A stretch of 64,000 nt of DNA. It comes from Smithellaceae bacterium (lineage in GTDB: Bacteria > Desulfobacterota > Syntrophia > Syntrophales > Smithellaceae). The notes beneath the pieces were generated by a model. The model was given only the letters and a program-made list of their open reading frames with translations, searched no databases and was not told the DNA's origin. The stretch lies in the NCBI GenBank assembly GCA_963667845.2, contig CAXXVL010000002.1:2144001-2208000 (forward strand). Reading direction: 5' to 3'. Position 1 is the stretch's first letter; every line of letters starts with the position of its first letter. Positions 61,850 through 64,000 of this stretch are shown here, one piece after another. The translations under genes were made by a program, and so were the position numbers.

Positions 61850-61987
61850 TCACTTCTTGATGTCTTCCACCGCCTTATCGACTTTCTTGCCCGCACGCTC
61901 CAATGGGCCCTCCTTACAACAAGACAGCCCCGCAATAAGGGCGATGATGGCCAACACGGCGATGATCCGTTTGCAATATTTCAGCAT
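61850..61987 (-). CDS. Small lipoprotein (45 aa)
   Basis: MLKYCKRIIAVLAIIALIAGLSCCKEGPLERAGKKVDKAVEDIKK; AAGGAG RBS. Confidence 0.75.
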   Translation of the reverse strand: MLKYCKRIIAVLAIIALIAGLSCCKEGPLERAGKKVDKAVEDIKK

Positions 61988-62245
61988 GGGTATCTCCTTT
62001 CGCGAATGGCTGAACATGACTAAATCCTGCCCGCAGAATCAGACAGTTATTTATTAAAAGCAAACAGCCCGATCCCGCAGCTCACTCACCGTAACGAGCT
62101 TTTGGCGAAGCGGGCGAATAGTGAATCGTTAATGTCTTTCATTAGGTTCAGGAGACGGTTTCAATTACTTTGAAAAGAAAGGGGGAAATAAAGTAATAGA
62201 ACCATCTCCGTCGGTTTCCCTTGAGTCACCTGCCTAAGCTGCCGG

Positions 62246-62800
62246 TTATTTTTTCATTTTGGTAAATTTCGAACCTTCCAGCGAGGCGCCGGCAATCAGC
62301 CCTTTCTGGCCAAAGACAAATCCCACAACAGGCTGCTTGATTTTCATCGTGTTGATGGATTCGTCTACACCGACATTGATCACGGTCACTTTGGCATCCA
62401 CACCGGCTTTCCAGTTCTTGCTGTTACGGAATTTCTTCAGGACCGTTTTATCCATGAAAACCAGAATGATGTCTTTTTGCTCGCCGCCGATCTGGGCTCC
62501 GAAAGATGCAGAAGCGATGTTATAGTAGGCAACCGTTTTCCCTGAAATTCTCAAGGCTCCCTCGCCATACTCGGCGCCGACCACCAGTGCTCCCTGAATA
62601 ACCTTGGGGATGATCAGGACGCCCTTGGCGGCGTCCAGAAATTCCTGCGCGCCCTTGACTTCCTTGACAAAGCGTTCGAGGGAGGCATTAACGCTGGCAT
62701 CGATCTCACCTGCCGTGGCTGCGTAAGACGCAACCGGGAGGCTTCCTATAATCAAAGCCATACACGCGACAAAAAAAACTTTAACGCTTACTTTTTTCAT
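62246..62800 (-). CDS. YSC84/SYLF lipid-binding domain protein, exported
   Basis: AKGVLIIP...GAEYGEG, SASFGAQIGG and KGLIAGASLEGSK; signal peptide. Confidence 0.88.
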   Translation of the reverse strand: MKKVSVKVFFVACMALIIGSLPVASYAATAGEIDASVNASLERFVKEVKGAQEFLDAAKGVLIIPKVIQGALVVGAEYGEGALRISGKTVAYYNIASASFGAQIGGEQKDIILVFMDKTVLKKFRNSKNWKAGVDAKVTVINVGVDESINTMKIKQPVVGFVFGQKGLIAGASLEGSKFTKMKK

Positions 62801-62992
62801 TTTTATTTCTCCTTTTATTAAATGGGTTAGTAAAAAATTATTCAGGCCGGCGGCATCACGCTGCCCGATGATCCGGGAAATTTTTGATCGGTCATTTTCC
62901 TGAACTGTGCCGCCATTTTTTCGCCGGCGGCCTTCTGCTTTTGCGGGAGCATCATCGCTTTAGCTTCTCATGCGATCTTCTGTTTATGGAAA

Positions 62993-63145
62993 TCAAATCC
63001 GTCCCAGTACCAGCAGGATGATCAAAATCAGAAGAATCAATCCGACTCCGCCGCTGGGATAATATCCCCAGCTCTTAGAGTGAGGCCAGGTCGGCAGTAC
63101 GCCAACGAGAATAAGAACCAAAATAACAATCAGTACGGTAAACAT
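62993..63145 (-). CDS. DUF3309-family small membrane protein (50 aa)
   Basis: MFTVLIVILVLILVGVLPTWPHSKSWGYYPSGGVGLILLILIILLVLGRI; AAGGAG RBS. Confidence 0.9.
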   Translation of the reverse strand: MFTVLIVILVLILVGVLPTWPHSKSWGYYPSGGVGLILLILIILLVLGRI

Positions 63146-63271
63146 ATTTTTCCTCCTTTATCCGGACCCTTCTGACCGCACTGCCTCTGGCACACACGCA
63201 TGCCGAAAGCTGTATCTCTCTGATCAGATCGCTTGGGTCCAAAGTAAAATCCCCGCGATTTGTCCCCATGC

Positions 63272-63592
63272 TTAGGCGAGGTGATCTCTTATGTGTTTCA
63301 TGCGAAGAGTACGTGCGCCGACACCGAGGAGCAGCCCCAGTCCCATTCCTACCCCTAAAGAGATAAGGATGGTCTTGCCCGGATTCTCGCTGCTGTAGAT
63401 CCTGGTTCTGTCATACGTATCCTTCACCGCCCGGGATGTCTTATCGTAGGCGTCGGTGGCGGACTGTTCCACTTGCCCGTAAATTTTGGCGCCGCGTTCA
63501 ATAATTCTCTGAGCAGCAGCACCGGCGCTGTGGGGCTCTTCTTCTGCCGTTTCCTGTTTGTGGCCCTCGTCTTTGTTGCTTTTGCTATCCAT
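63272..63592 (-). CDS. ElaB/YqjD/DUF883-like tail-anchored protein
   Basis: Helical polar N-terminus; C-terminal ENPGKTILISLGVGMGLGLLLG; GAGGAGG RBS. Confidence 0.75.
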   Translation of the reverse strand: MDSKSNKDEGHKQETAEEEPHSAGAAAQRIIERGAKIYGQVEQSATDAYDKTSRAVKDTYDRTRIYSSENPGKTILISLGVGMGLGLLLGVGARTLRMKHIRDHLA

Positions 63593-63749
63593 GGTACCTC
63601 CTCAAGAATGTTCAAATGTGCTCTATTCATTGTAAATGGTTTGATGCATGCCCAACCCTGATAATGATTGCGCCACGTCCTGTCCGGATTTGAGTTCGCC
63701 GATCTTACTTGTTCGCATCTGTTCGGGTTCATTCTTTATCAACTGTTAT

Positions 63750-63765
63750 AGCAATTAACCTGCCA
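63750..63765 (-). promoter_or_regulatory. Sigma54 promoter
   Basis: Minus strand TGGCAGGTTAATTGCT. Confidence 0.82.
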
Positions 63766-63863
63766 ATAACTGCCGGGTAATTAGAAATGGGGATTGATCC
63801 TTTAATAACGGGGCATTGGATGAACAGGACATAACGGCACAAGGGACGAAATGATTCATGGGG

Positions 63864-63897
63864 CCTCCATATCTGGTGGAACCTCAATATACTGAGG
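63864..63897. promoter_or_regulatory. Conserved tandem enhancer-like motif, copy 4
   Basis: CCTCCATATCTGGTGG-AA-CCTCAATATACTGAGG. Confidence 0.78.
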
Positions 63898-64000
63898 GCA
63901 TGCTAAAGGAAGGTGAGCGGGCCATGCGAAAGAATTGATGATCGTATGAAGACCAAATAATTTGTTACGGAATATCGTACCCATCACATTTGTGCCTGAT

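Overview
Bacterial chromosomal window. The 16S sequence and gene content suggest an anaerobic syntroph of the Desulfobacterota (Syntrophales, Smithella/Syntrophus-like); this is from recognition and was not database-verified. Layout: (1) 1-5.07 kb, rRNA operon (5'-truncated 16S, tRNA-Ile, tRNA-Ala, 23S, 5S). (2) 5.1-11.9 kb, two divergent B12-binding radical SAM genes and an orphan ABC solute-binding protein, closed by a decayed second 5S copy with its terminator and an 88-bp tandem repeat. (3) 15.3-19.4 kb, a LexA/UmuD-like + DinB damage-response cassette interrupted by a MITE and an AT-rich TcmP-like methyltransferase + radical SAM pair. (4) 20-40 kb, carboxylate/fatty-acid metabolism: a sigma54-controlled CoA-transferase + TRAP transporter, and a TetR-linked beta-oxidation-type cluster that has a 4-hydroxybutyryl-CoA dehydratase homolog but no crotonase. 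(5) 45-64 kb, many small stress/envelope genes with five sigma54 promoters, each about 100 bp from a copy of the same 34-bp tandem enhancer-like motif. The strongest candidates for undescribed biology are the TcmP/radical SAM module inside the SOS cassette and the sigma54 enhancer-defined stress regulon. All family calls come from motif recognition; no searches were run.
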